DNA from: Chrysomallon squamiferum | Taxonomy: Eukaryota; Animalia; Mollusca | Direction: 5' to 3' | DNA: 64,000 nt | NCBI GenBank assembly: GCA_012295275.1 | Contig: CM022675.1 | Coordinates: 2,480,001 to 2,544,000 of the forward strand | Part shown: one piece after another, positions 39,071 through 51,314 of the stretch | How positions within the stretch are numbered: position 1 is the first letter of the stretch | Layout of the letters: every line of letters starts with the position of its first letter | Position numbers and translations under genes: made by a program | Notes under the pieces: model-generated | Told to the model about the DNA's origin: nothing | The model's database searches: none | Seen by the model: only the letters and a program-made list of their open reading frames with translations

Positions 39071-41233
39071 GATATGTTTAACGCCTTTAAATGAATGTTT
39101 CTCTTCTATTTATTTACTTTTTATTTTGTTTTCATTAATTTCAAAACTCCGATTGTGAAATGGAATAAGTGGCTTGTGTTGATTCTATCTTAAGGAAACT
39201 TGACACTGGAAATGGCCCTAACACATACATCTGTAAATAAATCTATTATAAATATTTGTTTCTGTTAAACACTAAATTATTAAAACTAGAAATTTAATCT
39301 TTATCAGTTGTTTAGTGTTACCTGCACATTTCACAGCAGCATCGTCTTCATGTTCACAGTAAGTGTTACCCCATTGAAAATTACACTGTTCAAAACTTGT
39401 TTCATTTCCTAAACAGCGAATATCACGCAGGAAGATAGGTCCTGATCCTTCACCATAAAATGCTTCACGAAGTGCAGTTGCATTTGATCTGTAAAACACA
39501 TTTTTTACGATATTTGAAAAATGTCACACCCCATGTTTTACTGTTAAAATATGTCGTTTCTAAAACCTACTGATCAAAGAGGCAATTTTAATTTTCTTCA
39601 ATAAAAAATACAGTTAGTATTTCTAGGGAAACATATGTTATTTTCTTCTTTTTTTCCCTTTTTTCTTTTCTTTGTTTCACTTGGTTTTAGAGGGCTTGAA
39701 AAAAAATGAAAAATATGAATGAAAAAAGAATATATATATATTCGACGACTTATTTAATATGGAAGCTGACCAACTGAGAAAATTGAAAAACTGAAAATTA
39801 TTTTAAGCTGAAAACAGATATTGAAGATTTATATTAACAAGTTACACAGTAAAATCGAGCATTTGCCTTTAAATTTAATAGCCATTATTAATAACTTACT
39901 TAATTTTCATAAGTAAAAAATACAGTTAGTATTTCTACGGAAACATATGTTTTTCTTTATTTTTTCTATCTTTCTTTTTTTATTTTCTTTGTTTCCTTTG
40001 GTTTTTGAGGCCTTGAAAGAAAATTTAAAAAATGAAAGAAAAAAATATATATATACTGAACGACTTATTTAAAATGGAAATTGCTCGATTTAGAAAATGA
40101 CAAAACTAAAAATTATGTCTTTGTTTCTTTTGGGTTTTTTGATGAGTTAAAAAAATGAAAAAAAAAATATATATATATATATATATATTGGACAAATTAT
40201 TTAATATGGACATTGCCCGATTCAGAAAATTACAAAACTAAAAATTATGTTATGCTGAAAACAGATATTAAACATTTATATTAACAACTTAAACATTCAA
40301 ATCCAGGATTCAGCTTGAAATATAATAATCATTATTAATATATTACTTAATAAAACCTAGGATTCTACAGTAAACCTCTGTTATAATAATCATTATTAAT
40401 ATCTTACTTTGTAAAACCCAACATTCTGCAGTAAACGTCTGTTATAATAATCATTATTAATATCTTACTTTGTGAAACTCCACATTGTGCAATAAACGTC
40501 TGTTATAATAATCATCATTAATAACTTACTTAGTGAAACCCAGCATTCTGCAATAAACATGTTATAATAATCATTACTAATAACTTACTTAGTAAAACCC
40601 AGCATTCTGCAGTAAACAGCTGCGTTGTAATCAGTATGAAAGTCATCACAGACTGTGCCCCACATTCCAAGATATTTAATCTCTACTCGACCTTCTCGTT
40701 CTGATCTGCCTCCAACCAGACGAATCTTAATTTCTGAATCTTCCTCTGAAGAAAGAAAGAAAACAATAATAAAATGATTGTCATATCACACAATAAATAT
40801 AAAATACAGCACACCAGCATCTTTCAGTTAGCTTTTATGATATCACTTTTTTCAGTGTTTGCGTTTTGCCTGAGACAATCGACGCTATATTGAAAATAGG
40901 AATGGAAAAAAAATAAAAATAAAAACAATAAAAATCTGTTCTAAGTATATTTTGACTGATGTCTAAAATATATTACCTCCACACAGCAAGCCTGTAAACT
41001 TAGTTTTTTCAGTGGGGTCTAGATCAAAGTTAAACTGACACTGGCTAATATTAGTTTCCTTTCCTCCACAGGTTACACCTGATGTCCAGATTTTTGTCTT
41101 GTTGGAAGTCAAATTTTGCTCCTGCGGAGTCAGTAGTATTGCTGTGTAACTTCTTTACATCAATAAATAAATATAGAAAATCAAACAATTAAAATATATA
41201 AATACATACAAAACAGATACATAACCCTTATGC

Positions 41234-41311
<78 letters not shown>

Positions 41312-42138
41312 GTTATTATTAATTATTTTTTATTATTATTATTATTATTTATTCTTAGTTCTCTTTTTTATTCTCTATACATTTTCTTGTGATATTTTTC
41401 AAAACTATTCTTCTGTGCGACAAAAGTGCTGCATGTTTTGAAGCCATGTTGAATAGTTTCAATATTGACTTACTCGTTATAACCAAGAGTTCTGCACATA
41501 ACTTTAGCATCTGCTGGACTGATTTGTCTATCATAAAGTCTGCCCCACTCATTGTCTTTTTTCAGTTCAACTACACCGTAGTTACTGCTTGGGCCATCAA
41601 CTAGTCGTAATTCATATTCTGATGTGTTATCTATAAGCAAACACATCAACTAAATACAGTCAGAGATAGCACAGCTTTAACAAATATTCCAAACCTTCCC
41701 CTTTTAACTTTTATTATGTGTGGAGTTCTTGTTATTTCGTATAGTTTTGTTTCCTATGACCGGTAATTAACTGTATACATTCGCAACAAAGCTGAAATCC
41801 GTTTTGATAGAATTGTCGTAATTCTTGAACTGTGTCGCAGTCAACTTTATGAAAAATTAGAAAGAAAATTAAACGAAACTCATCAAATAAAGTAAGTAAT
41901 AAAACATGAAACCTATTGTAAACTGATAGTTTTAACATGAATACCTGAACACTTGACATCTACAGACAGACAGTCTTTCGTTTCATCGCGTAGTTTCAAA
42001 ACACATAGATGAAGACCAGGCTCGGAATTAGAGCAGTCAGCGATGTACTTCCATACACTGCCAGTCACTTTTACACCATTATTAGTAGGTTTACCTCTGT
42101 TATTAAAAAAGTAAAATACATTTCTTCTTCTTCTTCTT

Positions 42139-42169
<31 letters not shown>

Positions 42170-42184
42170 TTCTTATTCTTATTC

Positions 42185-42225
<41 letters not shown>

Positions 42226-42559
42226 GCTGTTGTTGTTGTTGTTTCTATTAGTGCAACTAATATTTTCGTTTGAAAAATGATTTCTTATTTGTGTACATGT
42301 AAGAAAACCATTAATACTGAACGAAATATCAACGAACTATCATCACTAGAGTCAGGACGACAAAAGATTTACTAATATAAAAATATATCCCGTCAGAAGA
42401 AGATAAAACTAGATGTTAATCAAAAACTGTCAAAATGACTTTCCATTTATTTAGAAAGGGTAATTTTTCGTGTGAAAAACAGTTGTCTTTCTGGCATTTT
42501 CTTATAATCACTTAATGATTTGAGCGACAGCAATAAGACAACATCATCATCACCACCGC

Positions 42560-42603
<44 letters not shown>

Positions 42604-43101
42604 ATAACAGTTCTTAATGTTATTTATTTGTTCATACATTAAATATGTTAACACTCAAGATTGGAAAGGCGTACTAACGTTGCATAACCCATTTGTCTGC
42701 ACGCAACTTCTGCCGCATCGGAGTCTCCCGGTTTTGCGTGACAAACCGATTTCCATTCTCCATCCTCCAATATCTCAAGTCTTTCTTCGTCTTTGCTCAC
42801 TCATTTATTTATGTATTTATTTATTATTGAAGATATAGATATTGATGTATTGTTTTGACTGAATTCATATTTAGTTTAGGTTGGTCGATTAATATTTCGT
42901 TCATTTTGATTTCTTACATTTTCACTGACTTTTATTTATTTTATCTAAATGATTATATTTCAGAAATTTAGGTGATGGAAAGAGCTAGAAAATACCAACA
43001 AAAAGGAACAGCTCCGATATTTTCTGTTCCTACTGTTATTTTTCATAATTAAACTGATTTCTGTTTTGTAATACAAACAAGTAAAACAGAAAAAAGAAGC
43101 A

Positions 43102-43189
<88 letters not shown>

Positions 43190-44973
43190 AGAGTGATAAT
43201 GACAATACTTTTTACCATCACATATAATTCCAATTGATGAGCACCATCACAGTTGTTAGTGCATTCAACAATGTGCCATGCTTGACAATCATCTACGTCT
43301 AGTTCACATCCATTACAGCGAAATACACCTGCAAACATTTGTCCACTTCCCACTGGGAATAATCCTTTGCCACGTGGCATACCATAGGCACTGTAGAAAA
43401 TTGTCATAGAAATTTATCTGTAAGCGTTGTCTTATCATAATTGAATAGATGTAAATATGTACTATGCAATAGAGTCGTTAATTACCTTTAATCAGCTTGC
43501 ATGACCTTGCACAACGCATGTTACTTTATGTAGTGTATTATACTTTATTAAATGATGTTATATTATATGAAATGAAAATAATAATTTTGGAAGAAAGACT
43601 TAATCATTACTTTGCACAGAGAAAAATGACATGGAAAAATAAGAAAGAAAAAAGACAAATAAAAAAATAAAAACGTTATCCTCTTTTAATTTGATACTTT
43701 GGCTAAAAATGAATTGGTACCATAATATGCATATCTTTTGTTTTTCTTTAAGAATATTGAATATTTGTATAACTGTTTATCTCACAGGCATCTCTCTGGG
43801 TGATCGCGAGTTCGAAATACAATTACTTCAATCATACTGAAGCTCAGTTGAAAAAGCAAACCAACACCACCACCAACAACAACAGGAATGTACTTTAAAC
43901 TGTCACTTTACAATGATCTCATTTGATTTTGTTATAATTTTTATTAACAATATCTGGATGTATGGGACAGACTAGTCCATCGTACGAATACATTTTAAGA
44001 ATCGTGCGGAGATCTTACACAATATGATAGTCTAATTTAAAACATATAATAAAAGTATAACTTCTCTTTCAATTAGATGTGTATCTCTTTCAATTAGGTT
44101 TGTATATGCACATGTGATAAACATTTAAGTATAAACTGGCTGCAGTGGGAAATAAGAGAAAAATGAGGACTGATCTAGGGAACAATCACACCACACACTC
44201 GAGTCTCCTAGTGTTATATGCTTTCTTCTGAAACTGCGGTGACACTTTTCAGTATAATTATAAGCGAGTTTTGAATACTGATGATAGTGATGATAGTATG
44301 AGAAAAAAATAATACAGAGAACAATCAGTAGTTTTGTAGTTTACTTACTTCATGTAACCGAGAGTCCTACAAACCGTAGTAGCTTCAAAGACGCGAAAGG
44401 GAAAAGGAATCACGTTCCCCCATGTGCCTTTGTACAGAACTTCTAATCGACCTTCTTTAGTTGTATTTCCATCAACTAGACGAACACTCACTTTATAGAC
44501 AGACAGAAAACGTGGATATTATTGGTTGAAGACACTACAAATATTGTAGTGAAATTTAAAAATGGAGAAAAATATATACATAACCGAATAGAGAAAACAT
44601 AGAAAACAAAGACTCATTGAGAATTTTAATTATTTCAGTAGAAACTTTATTCTATTTTGTTAAATTGTGGATAATTTTTATGAAGTGTTTTTGAACTGTT
44701 TTAAAACAGTAATTTATACACGGACAATGACAGAGTTCATCATCTTCAACTCAAACTTAATAAGTGTAGTTTTTATGTAGTAAACAGAAATTACGTGGCT
44801 TAATGTCAGCAATCTTAGTTTCCACTTCTGCCGATCCCGTTACATCTGAAAATAAAGATAAAACTTTTCAAGTGAGTATGTTCCTGGGCCGAAAACTCAC
44901 TTCAAAAACAAAGCAAATCAACATTAATTTATCACAGCAATTATTATTATTATTATTAATATTATTATTATTA

Positions 44974-45035
<62 letters not shown>

Positions 45036-46155
45036 GTTATTAGTATTATTACGGAAAAAATGAGAACAAACACATTTTGTTACTTGTATTAAACTCAAAT
45101 GTAAGATCTTCATCTAAAGATACAGCTGCTGATTCTGAAACTGAAGACCCGTCTTTGAGGTTGATGTTGAACTGGACAAGCGAGGAGTCTATTGAGTTAA
45201 CTGTATGTCTGATATTCTGTTGGTTTCTGCCCCGAAAAAAGTTTAGGTATAAATATCCTACTACTAATAATAATAACAATTATAAATATTTTAACAATAG
45301 GAGAAAATATTCGAAAATACGGTGTGAAATAACAATGAAAAAGTTTTAAAAAGATACAAAACAAAAGACAATTATAGTAGTAGTAATGATAATAATTATA
45401 ACAACGACTACAACAACGAACCTTTCAATGTCTTTGGTTGTTATCACTTTGGTGACAGTCAAGGTTACGGAATCCATGTTTTCTCCGCTACAAGTGACAC
45501 TGACTTTTGTATCGAAGTTTATCATGTACTTTTCACTGAACTGAATGATCACATCTCGAGTTCGACCTCCATTTAGCTTTGAAAACAAATCACTATTTAC
45601 ACTTTATGTTTAATATCACTTCCTCAACAGAAAACAACCAAATATGTGTATGCATGTATGTATGTATGTATGTATGTATGTATGTATGTATGTATGTATG
45701 TGTTTGTGCATATATATATATATACATAACTTTTTCGCTGATATAAGAATCCAACAGGCACAAGCAACATTAAATTTATTTTATTTAATCATTTTATACA
45801 AGTAACAGCATATATAAACATAGTTCATAAAGAAAATAAGTAAAATAAAAAATAAAAAATATAAAAATAAGAAACAGAACTGACCCCAGTCACCCCTCCA
45901 CATTCACTGTTCTGAACACTGAGAGCCACACCTTGTTTCCCAGAGGGTAGGACTGAAGCCGCGAATTTGCAACTAGGCGTGTCTCTTTCCCCTTTAGCAT
46001 AGATGACACCAGTGAATGTTCCAGCAGGATTAATCACAATCAACATAGAACTTTTCTGACAGGTAACTTCGTCTGAAAATATATCAATTAGTATTTCCAA
46101 GGAGGAATATATATATAATGATGATGATCATGACGATAACAAGAACAACAACAAA

Positions 46156-46186
<31 letters not shown>

Positions 46187-47226
46187 GATGAAAAGAAGGA
46201 AACATAAACATCGATTAGTGGTTGCACGTTTGTTTACTTGTTGTTGTTTTTTTGTTCTGTGGTGTTTCTTTTCATCTGCACTTTCGTATAAAACATTTTA
46301 TAGATTAATTTTTTTTTTTTTTTTTTTTTTAAATCTCACTTTTCTCCAGCTCACAGTTGTAGCCAGTGTAGTCATTTCCACACTCACAGGTGCCGTCATT
46401 TTGACAAGTTTTATTATTAGCACAATCCTGACCCTGTCGTCTGCAGTCGAAGTACTCTTCACCTGTAAACAAGTACAACATTTTAACTTAGGATAATTTT
46501 CAAGACTGAAAATTGGAAATAAATGACAAAAAAAAAAAAAAAAAATGGTGTCAGAGTAAATATAAACAGCAATATTAGTAATAGCAGTTACACTGGTAGA
46601 AGTAGTAGTAATAAAATAAAACAGAAGTAAGGAAACAAATTAATATATAAGAAAATATACAATGTTAGCTAAAATAACATAGAAATAACCAGTAGAAATA
46701 AAACTTAGTGTCCAAGCAAAGAAAACAGCTGATACTAAATACAGAAATTACACAGTCATCAATTTTTATTTTTTTCAAATAATATCTATATTTGGGATTT
46801 TCTTCTTAACGTAATAACAACAAAAGCAATGCTACTACTACCAGTACAACCATTACTACTAGTAATAATAATAATATGTAAGCTAATTTAATTAAATACT
46901 ATTTCACAATAAAATTATATAGGTTTTTTTACTTCATTTCAGTATTTAATTTAACTACCTTTAAATCGTATTTCACAATCTAACTTACAATCTTAAATTA
47001 CGCATTTTATTTCACAATTTTAATGAAAGTTTTTTTCATAATTTTAATGTCATCATTTGAATTATCCAGTTTTTTATATTATTATTTTTTTTCATTATGT
47101 GAATTATCCATTTTCAATGTCTCCTTATTCATGTGAAACCTTTGTAGAAAGAAAAATAGAGAAAAAGGAGTTACCCAGACTGATGGAACAACTAAGAAGT
47201 ACCAAATAGACGAATGATATCCACAT
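36945..47226 (-). CDS. EGF-ZP protein with SRCR cassette inside ZP-C, gene copy B (complete structure; SRCR1b and SRCR2a exons damaged)
   Basis: Eighteen exons from ATG 47226 to TAA 36945. All are open except 43216-43390 (-1) and 42679-~42790 (acceptor lost). Skipping those two leaves an intact ORF of 735 aa by my exon-length sum. Confidence 0.75.
37302..37419 (-). CDS. Copy B exon: furin site and external hydrophobic patch
   Basis: VDYNEKAESGRKRRSAETSDELVRKTFTVLDVIVEDRTP; AG/GT. Confidence 0.85.
37842..38007 (-). CDS. Copy B exon: ZP-C core
   Basis: CPSSEIGKLM...FKLKAFTF...KCSVKVCPPGQKSQCDP. Confidence 0.9.
38451..38544 (-). CDS. Copy B exon: ZP-C resumed
   Basis: TESGTLRIESCTADNQKTGDDSETLKIIEN; 94 nt, phase 1-2. 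Confidence 0.85.
39322..39488 (-). CDS. Copy B exon: SRCR4 second half
   Basis: AFYGEGSGPIFLRDIRCLGNETSFEQC...YCEHEDDAAVKCA. Confidence 0.9.
39595..40320. repeat. Degenerate ~200-300-bp tandem repeats in a B intron
   Basis: TACAGTTAGTATTTCTA.GGAAACATATG recurs at ~39610 and ~39920; TTATTTAA.ATGGA recurs three times. Confidence 0.6.
40320..40622 (-). repeat. ~61-bp minisatellite of SRCR4a exon end plus 5' splice site (about 5 units)
   Basis: Consecutive 60-nt lines are offset by one base; units contain the reverse complement of ACTAA/GTAAG or close variants. Confidence 0.9.
40589..40745 (-). CDS. Copy B exon: SRCR4 first half
   Basis: IRLVGGRSEREGRVEIKYLGMWGTVCDDF...VYCRMLGFT. Confidence 0.9.
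40977..41152 (-). CDS. Copy B exon: SRCR3 second half
   Basis: KIWTSGVTCGGKETNISQC...TKFTGLLCG; open, 176 nt. Confidence 0.85.
41474..41630 (-). CDS. Copy B exon: SRCR3 first half
   Basis: YELRLVDGPSSNYGVVELKKDNEWGRLYD...VMCRTLGYN; open, 157 nt. Confidence 0.85.
41945..42096 (-). CDS. Copy B exon: SRCR2 second half
   Basis: VWKYIADCSNSEPGLHLCVLKLRDETKDCLSVDVKCS; open. Confidence 0.8.
42679..42790 (-). pseudogene. Copy B SRCR2 first-half remnant
   Basis: RLEILEDGEWKSVC...VACRQMGY retained, but the first ~45 nt and the acceptor seen in A are missing. Confidence 0.75.
43216..43390 (-). pseudogene. Copy B exon: SRCR1 second half (1-nt deletion near 3' end)
   Basis: 175 nt vs 176 nt in A; CAA CTT GGA becomes CAA TTG GA at ~43233. 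Confidence 0.8.
44349..44490 (-). CDS. Copy B exon: SRCR1 first half
   Basis: VRLVDGNTTKEGRLEVLYKGTWGNV...TVCRTLGYM. Confidence 0.9.
44795..44845 (-). CDS. Copy B 51-nt linker exon
   Basis: AG/GT, phase 1-1, VTGSAEVETKIADIKP. Confidence 0.65.
45084..45226 (-). CDS. Copy B exon: ZP linker and first ZP-C strands
   Basis: LVQFNINLKDGSSVSESAAVSLDEDLTFEF. Confidence 0.8.
45422..45576 (-). CDS. Copy B exon: ZP-N second half
   Basis: RDVIIQFSEKYMINFDTKVSVTC. Confidence 0.85.
45885..46072 (-). CDS. Copy B exon: ZP-N first half
   Basis: EVTCQKSSMLIVINPAGTFTGVIYAKG...SCKF...ECGGV. Confidence 0.9.
46340..46462 (-). CDS. Copy B exon: EGF-like domain 1
   Basis: YFDCRRQGQDCANNKTCQNDGTCECGNDYTGYNCE. 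Confidence 0.9.
47175..47226 (-). CDS. Copy B start exon: signal peptide
   Basis: MWISFVYLVLLSCSISLG; GTAAC donor. Confidence 0.85.
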
Positions 47227-47428
47227 ATTCAGTTTATACTGTAAAGAAGATTAAACGAATAAATGAATAAATAAATAAATAAATAAATAAATAAATATTT
47301 AATTAAATCAATAAATACATAAATAATTATAATGATATCTATTTTAATCTAGGCGTAAGTCGTTCCTCAGTTTAACATATATACACATCGCTAGTATTAC
47401 TTGCACAAAATATCACTACAGACAAGCA

Positions 47429-47564
<136 letters not shown>

Positions 47565-47618
47565 GCTCTCTCTGTATGTATATATATGTTTGTTACTCTG
47601 TGTGTATCTATGTGTGCT

Positions 47619-47719
<101 letters not shown>

Positions 47720-48018
47720 GTCTGTCTGTCTGTCTCTCTACATTTTCATTCTTAAAATCATTTAGTGTACGGAGGAGAACAAATGTTTAAATGTTCATAT
47801 TCTTCCACTAACAAAGAACATTTATTTATTTATCCATTTATTTATTATATTTATTTATTTCCTTTTTTTCTGTAATTATTTTTAATAACTTTTTCATTAA
47901 CACCATCTATAAGTGTACAGAGGATACACATGTGGCAGAGTGCATATATATATATATATCTAGATCGAGAGATAGAAAAAGGAAAAGATGGGCTGATAAA
48001 CAAATATGTATGTATATA

Positions 48019-48060
<42 letters not shown>

Positions 48061-48339
48061 ATAATTATGGCAATTAATTAAATGGTACGCACAAATACTG
48101 AGTAAAAAAATAAAATGTGCGCAGATTGATCCCGTAACAACATTTTCTAATTTGATTCCTATGTAATAGGTTATTCAAGCCGAGTTGCAGTGAAGAAATA
48201 ATGGAGCAATCCTGAAGTGAAAGATAATTTTGTAGAGTTTTTGTCTGAAAGATGCTGCAATATAGCTCCTCCATTGATATCATATGATAAAATAGTTATT
48301 CATGTAGCAGATATAGAACCATATACAAAGTGTACTTAC

Positions 48340-48516
48340 ACATTTATTGAAGCACGATTCAAATAAGAATATTTAAAAATATATTTACACATATGAACCT
48401 TTTTCCTCACTTACACTTTGCGATTTGTTTGGAAAGAAATATAAAAAGCGTTTATTAACATAAACTTTGCTCTGTCTATGTTATACGTTCGTTTCAGTGC
48501 ATTACCGGCTTTTATA
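48340..48516 (-). promoter_or_regulatory. Putative TATA box and non-coding first exon of copy B
   Basis: TATAAAA at 48510-48516 (minus), GTAAGT donor at 48334-48339; matches A. Confidence 0.5.
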
Positions 48517-49103
48517 TCACATTTGAAGGTGATCACGACTTGTAACGAAAATTTGGTAGTCTGGATCTTTTATCTTCCTGGATTCCGTACAATTATAAAG
48601 GACAGAAAGATAATATTTGGTTTAAAACAGGACAAAAAATACTTAATCACTTAATTTTAATAACAAAACGATATATATAAAATGTTCGTGCAGCTAAAAT
48701 TTCTCTATCAGTTCCTCGTCTTCTAGACAAAGTAAAAAGTTAGTGTATGATAGGAAAAATAACATCACGAATAAATTTGCAAGGGGACGATCATATTAAA
48801 AAGTTTGGCCTCTTTGTTGCGGTACTAGAACTTATTCAATAAATATTCGTTGTCTGAGTTTTCTTTTTGTATCTGTAAAAATATATATTTAATATAACCA
48901 CGCAGATATATCAATCAGGTAAAAAGGAGTTCTGTTGTGAAGTACTCCGTGAGTTTTTTGAAAACACCTGTTATACGCGCTGCGAATTTTTTTTTTTTGG
49001 TTCCTTGCATTTATGTTTTGTAAATTGTGTTTTGTATACTGTACCATTGGCAATACAATTAAATAAAAAAAATAAAGAGTATAAAAAATATTTCCTATTA
49101 TTA

Positions 49104-49186
<83 letters not shown>

Positions 49187-49759
49187 TTATTATTATTATT
49201 ATTATTAATGTTATTACTTTTTTTGAAGTACTCTAACGGAAGCTGCTAGACTACAACAACGAAGACAAAAAAATCGACAAATATTAATACTACTGTTGGT
49301 ACTGTTGCTACGGTAACCACTATTATTCGAGCTATTACAACCAATAATGATAAAAAAGCATATCAGCAACGACATCAAGAGAAGTAATAATATATGAATT
49401 TACTTATGGTTCGGATACATTGCGTTTGTCGACCATATACTAGAAACTTCTTTTTACGAAATTCAAGGGGAAGAAAAAAAATATGTTGTCTGTTTCGTTA
49501 TTTATGTATTAATTTGTAGTTCGTGAAGCACGGATGTATGTATTTATATATGTATACATGACTTTATTCATATATGTATGTTCATATGTACGTGTGTGTG
49601 TCTAGGAGTGATGTGTGAGAATATATCGTATTTCTGCCGGTACTTGTGAAACGTGTAATTTTGCGTGAATTTGTTGATATTTTATATGTTTATATATGTG
49701 TGTATTTAAGTGTTACAGGATTTTAATATTCTCTGTTTTATGTATCTCTCATTAGACTC

Positions 49760-50210
49760 GGCAATGGCGCAGGAGGAGACAGTCAAATCAGGACTTCACA
49801 AACTCGTCAGTTGCCGTATGACACCCATTTACCCGCACTCCAAAGGCGGACGATGTTACCGAGACAAAGTGAAGAAAATGTTGCTTAGTAACCGGGGGTA
49901 ATCAACGCTTCCCACGAAGCACGCCGTTATTTGAGTTTCGTCATTTTTGCGCGCATCTATATTTTTATGGGAAACCTTGCACTGGCAAGTATATAGTTTT
50001 AGTAATTTTTGAATATGTTCTGTATTTTGTACGTCTGAATAGACTCTGCACATAGACAGTATTCGGGAACGGACTGGCGCACGAGGAAAAAGTCAAATCA
50101 CGACATCACAAACCCGTCAGATGCAGCTTACAAGATTAGAACGTATGGCACCCATTCACCCGCACTCCGAAAGCGAACTTAAACAAACGTTGTTAACTGA
50201 CAGAGTGTAA
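49760..50210 (-). mobile_element. Paralogous pair of tRNA-derived SINE-like units (first internally deleted)
   Basis: Matches 26030-26490. Confidence 0.5.
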
Positions 50211-50505
50211 TCATCGCTTACCCCGAAGCACGCCGTTCTTTTCGTCTTTCGTCATTTCTGTATTGACTTACATTTTGTGGAAAACCTGGCACTGGTAAAT
50301 ATGTGTTTTAGGATTTGAATGTACATTTACTAGAAAGTGTAAAAATACCTTCATTGACATATCATACATAAATATATCTATCAAGAGAACGTGTACTCTC
50401 ACATTTAGTTAAGTAGAATACACACATACACACACACGCAAATTGAGGTAGCATATATACAAATATATCGAAACTGTATTCGTACATTTGTCGAGATATC
50501 GTACT

Positions 50506-50558
<53 letters not shown>

Positions 50559-51314
50559 AGGGTACATATACATTTATTGAGTAACCGAGAAATATAAATT
50601 TACAAAAAAGGCAACTGAACGTACATTGTTTGTTGTAACACTTCAACTAAACCGCGACCCTCACCTACTCTGTGTTATCCGTTTTGAAAGAAATATAAAA
50701 ATGTGTCCTAATAAAGGCTTAGGTCTATTTATGTGGTACGGATAAAAAGAAAATCATTTCAATGCATGACCGATTTTAAGTCACATATCTAGCTCTTCTT
50801 CTTCTTCTTCTTTTTCTTCTTCTTCTTCTTATTATTATTCTTATTCTTATTCTTATTCTTATTATTATTAAATTTTTATTTTTTTTTTTTCCTCAGTCAG
50901 TTATCTTGCAGAAATTGATTCTGATACAATGAACTTACACTGAGTGAATAGTTACTGTACATATCTTGGTATCATATATGCGGTCTATCTTTGTTTATTT
51001 GTTTGTTTATTTGTTTATGTATTTATTTATCAAAACATTTATTTATTTGTTTTTTTCTTTGCTTATTTATTTCATCATTATTATTTTTGATTTAGTTATA
51101 GTTTTCATTTTGTTTTCTTTCTTTCTTTCTTTCTTTCTTTCTTTTTGTTGTTGAAGGCGGCTGATGGAAATCATTACTAAACTGCAACAATAAATACAAT
51201 ATTGCGAGTACTTCTACGGCTAGTACTTCTATTACAGAAACCAGCATTGCTAGATCTATTGCAGCTGCCGATGATAAAATCACATCAGCAAAGATATCCA
51301 CAGGAATAATGATA

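Noticed and set aside
40320-40622. Regular ~61-bp periodicity resembling a CRISPR array
   Set aside because: Whole units repeat with no unique spacers, there are no cas genes, and the context is a eukaryotic intron.
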